Shown here: piece by piece, positions 10,038-19,931 of the stretch
Position numbering within the stretch: position 1 is the first letter of the stretch
Layout of the letters: every line of letters starts with the position of its first letter
Source: Malacoraja senta
Taxonomy: Eukaryota
DNA length: 64,000 nucleotides
Direction of reading: 5' to 3'
Assembly: GCA_038087875.1 (NCBI GenBank)
Contig: CM075987.1
Coordinates: forward strand, 17,734,001 to 17,798,000
Notes under the pieces: model-generated
What the model was told of the DNA's origin: nothing
Database searches by the model: none
The model's input: only the letters and a program-made list of their open reading frames with translations
Translations under genes and position numbers: made by a program

Positions 10038-12672
10038 GTGAGTGTGAGTGTGTGTGTGTGTGTGAGCGTGTGTTTGTGCACCTGCTGTGTGTATATATGT
10101 GTGCAAACTCATGTGGTGTGTGTGCACATGTATGGGCATGTACATGTATGTAAACATGTGTGAGTATCTGGTGTTTATGTGTGTCCTTATGTATGCGTGC
10201 TTCCGTGCATGTATGTATGTGTGTATACCGTGTGTGTGTATGTGTGCACCAGGTGTGTGCGTATGTGTGTTAATATGTGAACCTGGTGTGTATGTGCATG
10301 TTGGTGTGTGTATGCCTTTGTGTGGACCTGGTTTGTGGGTATGTGTGCGGGTGTGAGTGTGAGTGTGAGTGTGAGTGTGGGTGTGAGGGTGAGTGTGGGT
10401 GTGAGTGTGAGTGTGAGTGTGGGTGTGAGGGTGAGTGTGGGTGTGAGTATGGGTGCGGGTGTGAGTGTGAGTGTGAGTGTGTGTGTGGGTGTGAGTGGGG
10501 GTGTGAGTGTGAGTGTGAGTGTGAGTGTGGGTGTGAGGGTGAGTGTGGGTGTGAGTATGGGTGCGGGTGTGAGTGTGAGTGTGAGTGTGAGTGTGGGTGT
10601 GAGTGTGGGTGTGAGTGTGGGTAGGTGTGAGTGGGAGTGGGAGGTGGGTGTGAGTGTGGATGGGGGGTGTCTGAGTGTGAGAGTGGATGTGAATGTGAGC
10701 AGGGGTGTGGGTGCGGGTGTGGGTGCGGGTGTGGGTGTGAGTTTGGGTGTGAGTTTGGGTGTGGGTGTGAGGATGTGAGTGTGTGTGAGTGGGGGTATGG
10801 GTGTGAGTGTGGTGTGAGTGTGTGTGAGTGAGGGTGTGGGTGGGGGTGTGGGTGTGTGTGAGTGTGGGTGTGGATGGGGGTGTGAGCGGGGGGTGGGTGC
10901 AGGTGTGGGTGTGAGTTTGGGGTGTGAGTTTGGTTGTGAGTGTGAGTTGGGATGTGGATGTGAGTGTGTGTGAGTGGGGGGTGTGGGTGGGGGTATGGGT
11001 GTGAGTGTGGGTGTGGGTGTGAGTGTGAGTGTGAGTGTGGTTGTGAGTGTGAGTTTGGGTGTGACTGGGGTGTGGGTGTGTGAGGTGGGGGTGGTGGGTG
11101 TGAGTTTGGGTGTGGGTGTGGGTGGGGGTGTGGGTGGGGGTGTGGGTGGGGGGTGGGGTGGTGGTGAATGTGGGTGTGGTGGGTGTGAGTGTGAGTGTCA
11201 GTGTCAGTGTCAGTGTCAGTGTCAGTGTCAGTGCGAGTGTGTGTGTGTGAGTGGGGGTGTGGGTGGGTGTGAGTGGGTGATTGTGGTGTGTGGGTGTGAG
11301 TGCCAGTGTCAGTGTGAGTGTCAGTGTGAGCGTGAGTGTGTCATTGTGCTTGTCAGTGTGAGTGTCCAGTGTGAGCGTGAATGTCAGTGTCAGTGTCAGT
11401 GTCAGTGTCAGTGTGAATGTCAGTGTCAGTGTGAGTGTGAGTGTCCATGTGTCAGTGTGAGTGTGTGTCAGTGTCAGTGTGAGTGCAAGTGTGTGTGTGA
11501 GTGGGGATGTGGGTGAGTGGGTGTCAGTGTCAGTGCCAGTGCCAGTGTGCGTGTCAGTGCCAGTGTGTGTGTCAGTGTCAGTGTCAGTGCCAGTGTCAGT
11601 GTCAGTGTGCGTGTCAGTGTGAGTGTGAGTGTCAGTGTGTGTGTGAGTGTCAGTGTGAGTGTGAGTGTCAGTGTGTGTGTGAGTGTCAGTGTGAGTGTGA
11701 GTGTGTGTGAGTGTCAGTGTGAGTGTGAGTGTGTGTGAGTGTCAGTGTGCGTGTCAGTGTGAGTGTGAGTGTCAGTGTGAGTGTCAGTGTGCGTGTCAGT
11801 GTCAGTGTGCGTGTCTGTGTCAGTGTGCGTGTCAGTGTCAGTGTGAGTGTGAGTGTGTGTGAGTGTCAGTGTGAGTGTGAGTGTGTGTGAGTGTCAGTGT
11901 GAGTGTCAGTGTCAGTGTGCGTGTCTGTGTCAGTGTGCGTGTCAGTGTCAGTGTGCGTGTCAGTGTCAGTGTGCGTGTCAGTGTCAGTGTGCGTGTCAGT
12001 GTCAGTGTGCGTGTCAGTGTCAGTGTGCGCGTCAGTGTCAGTGTGCATGTCTGTGTCAGTGTGCGTGACAGTGTCAGTGTGAGTGTCAGTGTCAGTGTAC
12101 GTGTCAGTGTCAGTGTGCGTGTCAGTGTCAGTGTGCGTGTCAGTGTGCATGTCTGTGTCAGTGTGCGTGACAGTGTCAGTGTGAGTGTCAGTGTCAGTGT
12201 GCGTGTCAGTGTCAGTGTGCGTGTCAGTGTCAGTGTGCGTGTCAGTGTCAGTGTGCGTGTCTGTGTCAGTGTGCGTGCAGTGTCAGTGTGAGTGTGCGTG
12301 TCAGTGTCAGTGTGAGTGTGAGTGTCAGTGTGCGTGTCAGTGTCAGTGTGCGTGTCAGTGTCAGTGTGCGTGTCAGTGTGCGTGTCTGTGTCAGTGTGCG
12401 TGTCAGTGTCAGTGTGCGTGTCAGTGTCAGTGTGCGTGTCAGTGTCAGTGTGCGTGTCTGTGTCAGTGTGCGTGTCAGTGTCAGTGTGAGTGTGAGTGTC
12501 AGTGTGCGTGTCAGTGTCAGTGTGCGTGTCAGTGTGTGTGTCAGTGTGAGTGTCACTGAGTTTGGGTGTCAGTGTCAGTGTGGGTGTCAGTGTGTGTGTG
12601 TCAGTGTCAGTGTGGGTGTGAGTGCCAGTGTGAGTGTGAGTGTCAGTATGAGTGTCAGTGTGAGTGTGTCAG
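10038..12672 (+). repeat. Compound GU-rich microsatellite (GT, GTGAGT, GTGGGT, GTCAGT, GTGCGTGTCAGTGTCAGT)
   Basis: Direct reading; fills almost all of intron B-C. Confidence 0.95.
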
Positions 12673-12837
12673 GGGATTGAGGGTTGTGGGGACGTACACA
12701 ATGGAGGAGCGGAGAGCCGTGTCCATGTTGCTGCCCCCCTCGCTGCTTCGTTGAATGAATGTGTTTTGGAGCTTCAGGTAAATCCAACAACTGTGTTTGT
12801 AACCCCCCCCCCCCCCCCCCCCTCCTTGCTCCCACAG

Positions 12838-13007
12838 TACTACAGAACATTCTTCAACATCCGCATCGCTCTGGTTGGGGCCGAAGTGTGGACCTATGAC
12901 CAGGTCAAGGTGGACCACGAGTCTATGATAACGCTGGCACGTTTCCTAGATTGGAGAGAGAGAGTCTTACTCCGACGACTCCACAATGACAATGCCCAGC
13001 TCATCTT
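12838..13007 (+). CDS. ADAM metalloprotease exon C (YYRTFFNIRIALVGAEVWT...FLDWRERVLLRRLHNDNAQLI)
   Basis: Poly-C tract then cccacag acceptor, donor gtgagt; 170 nt, phase 0/2; NIRIALVGxEVW, FLDWR and DNAQL reprolysin motifs. Confidence 0.95.
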
Positions 13008-13074
13008 GTGAGTGTCCCACACCCAGCCCCGACTCACACCCACCCTGCTCCCATCATAGTCACACCCAGCCCCA

Positions 13075-13265
13075 ACACAGGCCCTTCTGTCCCACTCCTC
13101 CATGCCCACCAACATTTTCCCCATCTACACTAGTCCCACCTGCCTGCATTTGGTCTATATCCCACTAAACCTGTCCAATCCAAGATTCCCCTACTCTGGG
13201 TAAAAGATTCTGTGCATTCACCTTATCTATTCCTCTCATGATTTTATACACCTCTATAAGATCAG
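13075..13265 (-). mobile_element. Degenerate CR1 3' remnant
   Basis: ctacactagtcccacctgcctgcatttggtctatatcc...ctcatgattttatacacctctataagatc is the reverse complement of sequence like 80-130 and 340-420. Confidence 0.7.
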
Positions 13266-13275
13266 GATCTGACCG

Positions 13276-14572
13276 AGTCAGCATGGATTTACGAAGGGGA
13301 AATCATGCTTGACTAATCATCGGGAATTTATTGTAGATGTAACTTGGGAAAATGGACAAGCGAGAGCCAGTGGATGTAGTGTACCTGGACTTTCAGAAAG
13401 CATTTGATAAGGTCCCACATAGGAGATTAGTGGGCAAAATTAGTGCACATGGTATTGGGGGGTAGAGTGCTGACATGGATAGAAAATTGGTTGGCAGACA
13501 GGAAACAAAGAGTAGGGATTAACGGGTCCCTTTCAGAATGGCAGGCAGTGACTAGTGGGGTACCGCAAGGCTCGGTGGCTGGACCGCAGCTATTTACAAT
13601 ATCCAACAATGATTTGGATGCAGGGATCCAAAGTAACATTAGCAAATTTGCAGATGACACCAAGCTAGGTGGCAGAGTGAACTGTGAGGAGGATGCTATG
13701 AGAATGCAGGGTGACTTGGACAGGTTGGGGAGTGGGCAGATGCATGGCAGATGAAGTTTAATGTGGATAAATGTGAGGTTATCCACTTTGGTATCAAAAC
13801 CAGGAAGGCAGATTACTATCTAAATGGTGTCAAGTTGGGAAAAGGGGAAGTACAACTGGATCTGGGGGTCCTTGTTCATCAGTCTATGAAAGTAAGCATG
13901 CAGGTACAGCAGGCAGTGAAGAAAGCAAATGGCATGTTGGTCTTTATAACAAGAGGAGTCTAGTATGGAGCAAAGAGGTCCTTCTGCAGTTGTACAAGGC
14001 CCTGGTGAGACCACACCTGGAGTATTGTGTGCAGTTTTGGTCCCCTAATTTGAGGAAGGACATTCTTGCTATTGAGGGAGTGCAGCGTAGGTTTACAAGG
14101 TTAATTCCCGGGATGGCGGGACTGTCATATGCTGAGAGAACGGAGCGGCTGGGCTTGTACACTCTGGAGTTTAGAAGGATGAGAGGGTAACTTATTGAAA
14201 CATATATTGCTTGTTAAGGGTTTGGACACGCTAGACGCAGGAAACATGGTCCCGATGTTGGGGGAGCCCAGAACCAGGGGCCACAGTTTAAGAATAAGGG
14301 GTAAGCCATTTAGAACGGAGACGAGGAAACACTTTTTCACACAGAGAGTGGTGAGTCTGTGGAATTATCTGCCTCAGAGGGCGGTGGAGGCCTGTTCTCT
14401 GGATGCTTTCAAGAGAGAGCTAGATAGGGCTCTTAAAGATAGCGGCCTCAGGGGATATGGGGAGAAGGCAGGAACGGGGTACTGATTGGGGATGATCAGC
14501 CATGATCACATTGAATGGCGGTGCTGGCTCGAAGGGCCGAATGGTGTACTCCTGCACCTATTGTCTATTGTC
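13276..14572 (+). mobile_element. 5'-truncated CR1 LINE (RT region, frameshifted)
   Basis: QHGF, YLDFQKAFDKVPH, SGVPQGSV, SKFADDTKLGG, VRPHLEYCVQFWSP; (ctattgt)n tail. Confidence 0.93.
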
Positions 14573-14892
14573 CAGACAGAATAAGTATCTTCCATCACAT
14601 CCCTCTTCTATGAGTAAGCCCGTTCTGAATCCATACAGCCAAGTCATTGTCATACAGGATGTAAACAGGTCCTTCGGCCCAACTTGCCCATGCTGACCAA
14701 CATGCCCCACCTACACTAATCCGACCTGCCTGCGCTTGGCCACTCTCACTGTGAGTGTAGTCACTCTGGCTGTTTCACTTAGGCATACGTTCCTTTTATC
14801 TGCAGCTGTTAATTAGCCAAGTAGCCAACCTGTGTGACTTGCCTTGTTAACCGACTCGCGTTCTGGCTGAACTTTGATTTCTCTTATTACAG

Positions 14893-14977
14893 AGGAGGCT
14901 ATTTTAATGACGGAGTCGCTGGGCAGGCATCATTTGAGAGCATGTGTTCTGTAAAAGGATCTGGAGGCGTCAACATG
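14893..14977 (+). CDS. ADAM metalloprotease exon D (L-GGYFNDGVAGQASFESMCSVKGSGGVNM)
   Basis: Acceptor tttctcttattacag, donor gtgagc; 85 nt, phase 2/0, completes TT+A=Leu; G-x-A...SMCS...SGGVNM motif. Confidence 0.93.
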
Positions 14978-15034
14978 GTGAGCACCCATTCCTCTTGCTT
15001 CCCCGTCCCGGGGGCTGGGCCAACTTGGTCAACT

Positions 15035-15730
15035 TTGCTCCCTCCGTAACTCCCTGGTCAATTCTTCCCTTCCCTCCCACACCACCCCCTCCCCGGGCAC
15101 TTTCCCCTTGCAACTGCAAGAGATGCTATAATTGTCGCTTTACCTCCCCCCTTCGACTCCATTCAAGGACCCAAGCAGTCGTTCCAGGTGCGACAGAGGT
15201 TCACCTGCACCTCCTCCAACCTCATCTATTGCATCCGCTGCTCTAGATGTCAGGTGCTCCACATCGGTGAGACGAAGCGTAGGCTTGGCGATCGTTTCGC
15301 CGAACACCTCCCCTCGGTCCGCATTAACCAACCTGATCTCCCGGTGGCTTAGCACTTCAACTCCCCCGCCCATTCCGAATCTGACCTTTCTGTCCTGGGC
15401 CTCCTCCATGGCCAGAGTGAGCACCACCGGAAATTGGAGGAGCAGCACCTCAAATTTTGCTTGGGCAGTTTATACCCCAGCAGCCTGAACATTGACTTCT
15501 CCAATTTCCGCTAGCCCTTGCTGTCTCCTCCCCTTCTCAGCTCTCCCTCAGCCCTCTGGCTCCTCCTCTTCCTTTCTTCTTCCTGCCCCCCCACACATCA
15601 GTCTGAAGAAGGGTTTTGGCCTGAAACATTGCCTATTTCCTTCGCTCCATAGATGCTGCTGCACCCCCTGAGTTTCTCCAGCACTTTTGTCGACCTTCCA
15701 TTTTCCAGCATCTGCAGTTCCTTCTTAAAC
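15035..15730 (+). mobile_element. Penelope-like element 3' fragment (GIY-YIG endonuclease remnant plus terminal region)
   Basis: PGTFPCNCKRCYNC...FQVRQRFTCTSSNLIYCIRCSRCQVLHIGETKRRLGDRFAEHL...PVA*HFNS...RKLEEQHLKFCLGSLYPSSLNID; CTGAAGA...GAAAC downstream. Confidence 0.85.
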
Positions 15731-16224
15731 TTTTACGGTGCAGCCTGAACAACCTGAGGCTTATAGACATGTGGTTGAAGTAATTGTTTCGCGACGGGAA
15801 GAGTAGTGCGGGTCTGTCTGGACATCAGCCGTTGAGCCAGGGAACCGAGTGTGGAATTGCACAGATTATTGAGGAGATCCATAAATATGTCAGACCAGGC
15901 TCTGCTGGTCCTCTCGAGGACCTGTCTTGCACTGCGGACAGCACGCTCAGCCAGTCCATTCGATTGAGGATATTTATAAGAAGTTAAACGACTGAGTGCC
16001 AGCCAACTTCTGACACCATGTAAAAAAATGTGATGACACTCATTCTATTAACTTCTTATAAAGTATTTTATTTAAAAATACGTGTTGAGACCATAGCATT
16101 AGCATCTGTCAGGTACTGCATCGTAGATCAAACTGACCTTAGCTAATGCATACCGCAAGATGGCATTGTGGAAACCCAGCATGGTCCATGGATCAGATCG
16201 GTAATAGTAAATCCAGCAATAGTG

Positions 16225-16545
16225 ACTGATCTACATCCGACATCTTGTATAACTAAACATAACATCCCAACGTTTATATTCAATTCCCTGACTGATGAAG
16301 ACCAGCATGCCAAAAGCCTTCTCACCACCCTATCTAACTGAGATGCCACTTTCAAGGAACTATGTATCTGTATTCCTAGATCTCTCTCGTCTACAACATT
16401 CTCAATGACCCTCCCACTGTCAAGGTCCTGCCCTAGTTCACCTTCCCAATTTGCAACATCTTCCACATCTAAGTTAAACTCCATTTGGCGGTCCTCTGCC
16501 CCTCTGCCCATTTGTACAGCCCGATCAAGATCTTGCAATTCATCT
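16225..16545 (-). mobile_element. Degenerate CR1 RT fragment
   Basis: Minus: WAEDRQMEFN...VDERDLGIQIHSSLKVASQLDRVVR. Confidence 0.75.
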
Positions 16546-16622
16546 TCACTGCCTACTATTTTATGCAGAGTTCTTGTGCAATGTTGGAGTGTACTAAAGA
16601 TGTTGATTCTGCCTCCTCCCAG

Positions 16623-16765
16623 GACAGTAATAGGAACTTTCTGTCAGTTACTGCAACGTTTTCCCACGAGCTCGGACACAATCTCGGAATGTTTCACGAC
16701 ACCGAAGAGCGGAAATGTAAATGCCCATTCCCGAATGTTGCCTGCATCATGCAACCTGCACTGGG
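16623..16765 (+). CDS. ADAM metalloprotease exon E, catalytic (DSNRNFLSVTATFSHELGHNLGMFHDTEERKCKCPFPNVACIMQPALG)
   Basis: Acceptor ctgcctcctcccag, donor gtagga; 143 nt, phase 0/2; HEXXHXXGXXHD at 16665-16700, CIM Met-turn at 16743-16751. Confidence 0.96.
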
Positions 16766-16980
16766 GTAGGAATATTTCAACTTTGCCGCTGGTTAAAATA
16801 CACGAGAGGAAGTGGAAAGCTAGAGAGGAAATTGCAGGGGTGAAATTGATGAGTCGTCATTAAATGAAGGTGAGATGAGGAAGTTTAGAGGGTGGCAAAT
16901 ATTGTGCCCCTTTTCAAGAAGGGCAGCGGGAAACATGCTGGGAACTCGTCAAGAGTCAAGTCGAGCATTTTATTGTCATA

Positions 16981-18054
16981 CTAGACTAAGTGGGACCCAT
17001 TGGGTCCCATGTTCACACGGGAGGGCTGGTCCCCCGACGCAATATTCCACCTCTCCACCAATTCCAATATTGGTGGCCAGTGGGGGGGGGGCTCTCTGGA
17101 GTGCTGGTTTGGGTGTTGTTGGCTGCAGGGACTACTGGTCTCCAGAGGGCTAGTATGGACATTGTGGGTAAAATGGATTCTTGGGGTGGCAGCTCGGTCC
17201 CTCAAGCCTGATGTGCTGGCAGCTCACTCACGGCTGGTGGGCTGGCAGTTGACTCAGGGCTATTCCTTGAAATTCCATTTCAAGCAGAGTGCAAGGCCAC
17301 CAAATTCAAATCCATTTTCCTACCATTTCAAGCAGGGTGCAAGGCCACCAAATTCAAGTGCAGTTTCTTACCTCTTTGAGCAGGGTGCAAGGCCACAAAA
17401 TTCAAGTGCAGTTTCAAACCACTTCAAGCAGGGTGCAAGGCCACCAAATTCAAGTGCAGTTTCATACCACTTCAAGCAGGGTGCAAGGCCACCAAATTCA
17501 AGTGCAGTTTCATACCATTTCAAGGAGGGTGCAAGGCCACCAAATTCAAATGCAGTTTCATACCATTTCATGCAGTGTGCAACGACATCACATTCAAATG
17601 CAGTTTCATACCATTTCATGCAGGGTGCAAGGCCACCAAATTCAAATGCAGTTTTATACCATTTCAAGCAGGGTGAAAACACCAGAAAACCACAAAAAAC
17701 ATCACACTCACAGTTCAGTAGACATTCAGTGTGTTCAGTTGATTCACAGCTCAGATAGTGTTGTGACCTCTCCCTCCCCCATCATGCAGAGACTGAGCCA
17801 CACCCACACTTCCGGGTTTTATAATCCCTCCCGCTCCCACCGGAAAAGGTGTGGCCTTCATGGCGTGATTGACAGGAGAGAGATTCTCAACATTTTTTAA
17901 CACTAATATCACTTTTATTTTTCATTGATGGGAAGAATCCTCTGCACCTGATGAGCAGAGGGCGACTGAGTAAGATGGCCAAAAATCACAGCTGTACGTG
18001 GCAGCGTTTTATCTAAAATTAATATAGTGCAAACAGGAAGTTGTAAAGTTTAGA
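16981..18054 (-). mobile_element. Probable non-autonomous Helitron, 3' terminus and internal region
   Basis: Minus strand ends TGGGACCC-AAT-GGGTCCCA-CTTAGT-CTAG followed by T: GC hairpin (16991-17009) just before a terminal CTAG, consistent with an A/T target; no 5' TC end found. Confidence 0.7.
17275..17675 (+). repeat. 48-bp minisatellite, about 8.3 units
   Basis: ccatttcaagcagggtgcaaggccaccaaattcaagtgcagtttcata starts at 17275, 17323, 17371, 17419, 17467, 17515, 17563, 17611 and 17659. Confidence 0.95.
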
Positions 18055-18668
18055 CAAACAACCATTTGCAGTGCCTTTTACTTCAACATAAAACCCTCAA
18101 GCAAACATCTGCAGTGCCTTTTCACTTCAACCCAAAACCCCCAAACAACCATCTGCAGTGCCTTTTCACTTCAACGCAAAATCTCCAAACAACCATCTGC
18201 AGTGCTTTTTCACTTCAACCCAAAACCCCCCAAACAACCCTTTGCCGTGCCTCTTTACTTCAACCCAAAACCCCCCAAACAACCATTTGCCATGCATTTT
18301 TACTTCAACCCAAAACCCCCCAAACAACCATTTTCAGTGCCTTTTCACTTCAACCCTAAACACCCCCAAACAACCATTTGCAGTGCCTTTTTACTTCAAC
18401 CCAAAAAAACCCAAACAACCATTTGCAGTGCCTTTTTTCTTCAACCCAAAAACCCCTGTTCAGCCATTTGCAGTGCCTTTTTACTTCAACTCAAAACCCC
18501 CCAAACAACCATTTGCAGTGCCTTTTTACTTCAAACCAAAACCCCCCAAACAACCATTTACAGTGCCTTTTTACTTGAAACCAAAACCCCCCAACCAACC
18601 ATTTGCAGTGCCTTTTTACTTCAACCCAAATCCCCCAAACAACCATTTGCAGTGCCTTTTTACTTCAA
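18055..18668 (+). repeat. 45-bp satellite, block 1
   Basis: Consensus AAACAACCATTTGCAGTGCCTTTTTACTTCAACCCAAAACCCCCC. Confidence 0.97.
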
Positions 18669-19907
18669 TTCAATTCAATTCCTTTATTGTCATCTTGCAA
18701 GCAACAGTTGTGCAGTGGAAAACGAAAAGACGTTTCCCAGGGAATACCGGAGCATCGCACATGAAGTTTAAAACATTTCACACATAATAACACTAAAACC
18801 AATCCAGTCCCTGATGGAACAGTATAAAGTTAAAATAGATCAAAACAACGATAAAATACAGTAAGACCAATCATACACATGTCCGGGTGGCTGATTTGAG
18901 TGGCCAGTGCCAGTTATTGAAGTGGCCAGTGCCAGTTATTATAGTGTCTGTACCAAGCCGCAGAATCAGGTGACTGTGAGTACAGAGTGGCTGTTTAGCA
19001 ACCTCACAGCATATGGCAGGAAGCTGTTTAGCAGTCTTGTAGTCCGGGCTTTGATGCTGCGATATCTCTTGCCTGATGGCAGGAGATCCAGGTGTATGTG
19101 GAGGGGGTGCAGTTTGTCCTTAGCAATTCTCTGAGCTTTTTTCCAACAGCGGCTCAGGAACAGTTCTTGTACCGAGGGTAGGGAGACGCCAATGATCTTC
19201 TCTGCTCCCCTCACTACCCTCTGCAGAGCCTTCCTGTCCAAGCAGTTGCAGGTGGAGTACCACGTATTTAAACAGTACGTGAGTACAGACTCCACCGTAC
19301 CCCTGTAGAAAGTCCTGAGGATGTTGGTGGGGAGTGAGGCCTGTTTTAGTTTCCTCAGGAAGTGCAGTCGCTGATGGGCCCTTTTGATGGTCCCAGTGGT
19401 GTTTCTGGACCAGGTGAGGCTGTCTGTAATTTGCACCTCGAGGAACTTTATGCTCTCCACTCTCTCCACTGTGGTGCCACTGTTGTTAAGGGGTGCATGC
19501 TTTGGCTGCGCCCTCCTGAAGTCGACAACCATCTCCTTTGTTTTGTCGACATTTAATTCTAGATTATTTTTGCCACACCAGTCCACTAGTTGTTTAATTT
19601 CCTCCCTGTACATTGATTCATCATCTCCGCTGATGAGTCCCACCACTGTTGTGTCATCCGCGAATTTTATGATCTTATTGTCCCTGAATCTGGCAGCACA
19701 GTCATGTGTGAGCAATGTGAACAACAGCGGGCTGAGCACACAGCCTTGAGGGGAGCCGGTGCTCAGCGTGATCGAGCCTGAAGTGTTCTTGCCAACACGG
19801 ACTGACTGCGGTCTCTCTGTCAGAAAGTCCAAGATCCAGTGACACAGGGTGGTGTTGAGGCCCAGCAGGGTTAGTTTCTCCACAAGTCTCTGTGGGACGA
19901 TGGTGTT
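18669..19907 (-). mobile_element. 5'-truncated Rex1/Babar-type LINE inserted in the satellite
   Basis: [106 protein letters not shown] plus (TTGAA)n tail. Confidence 0.9.
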
Positions 19908-19931
19908 CTTCAACCAAAAAAAAACTGATGA

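Noticed and set aside
10087..12754. Cys-rich ORFs (CECECG, CQCQCA) resembling metallothionein or keratin-associated proteins
   Set aside because: They are translations of a GT-based microsatellite, open in several frames, inside an ADAM intron
17000..17900. 252-aa and 203-aa ORFs with 16-aa repeats (also 38201-39112)
   Set aside because: Products of the 48-bp minisatellite; reading frames differ between the two copies
18062..18072. Octamer (ATTTGCAT) sites in the satellite
   Set aside because: Consensus is ATTTGCAG; exact octamers are sporadic single-base variants with no sign of selection
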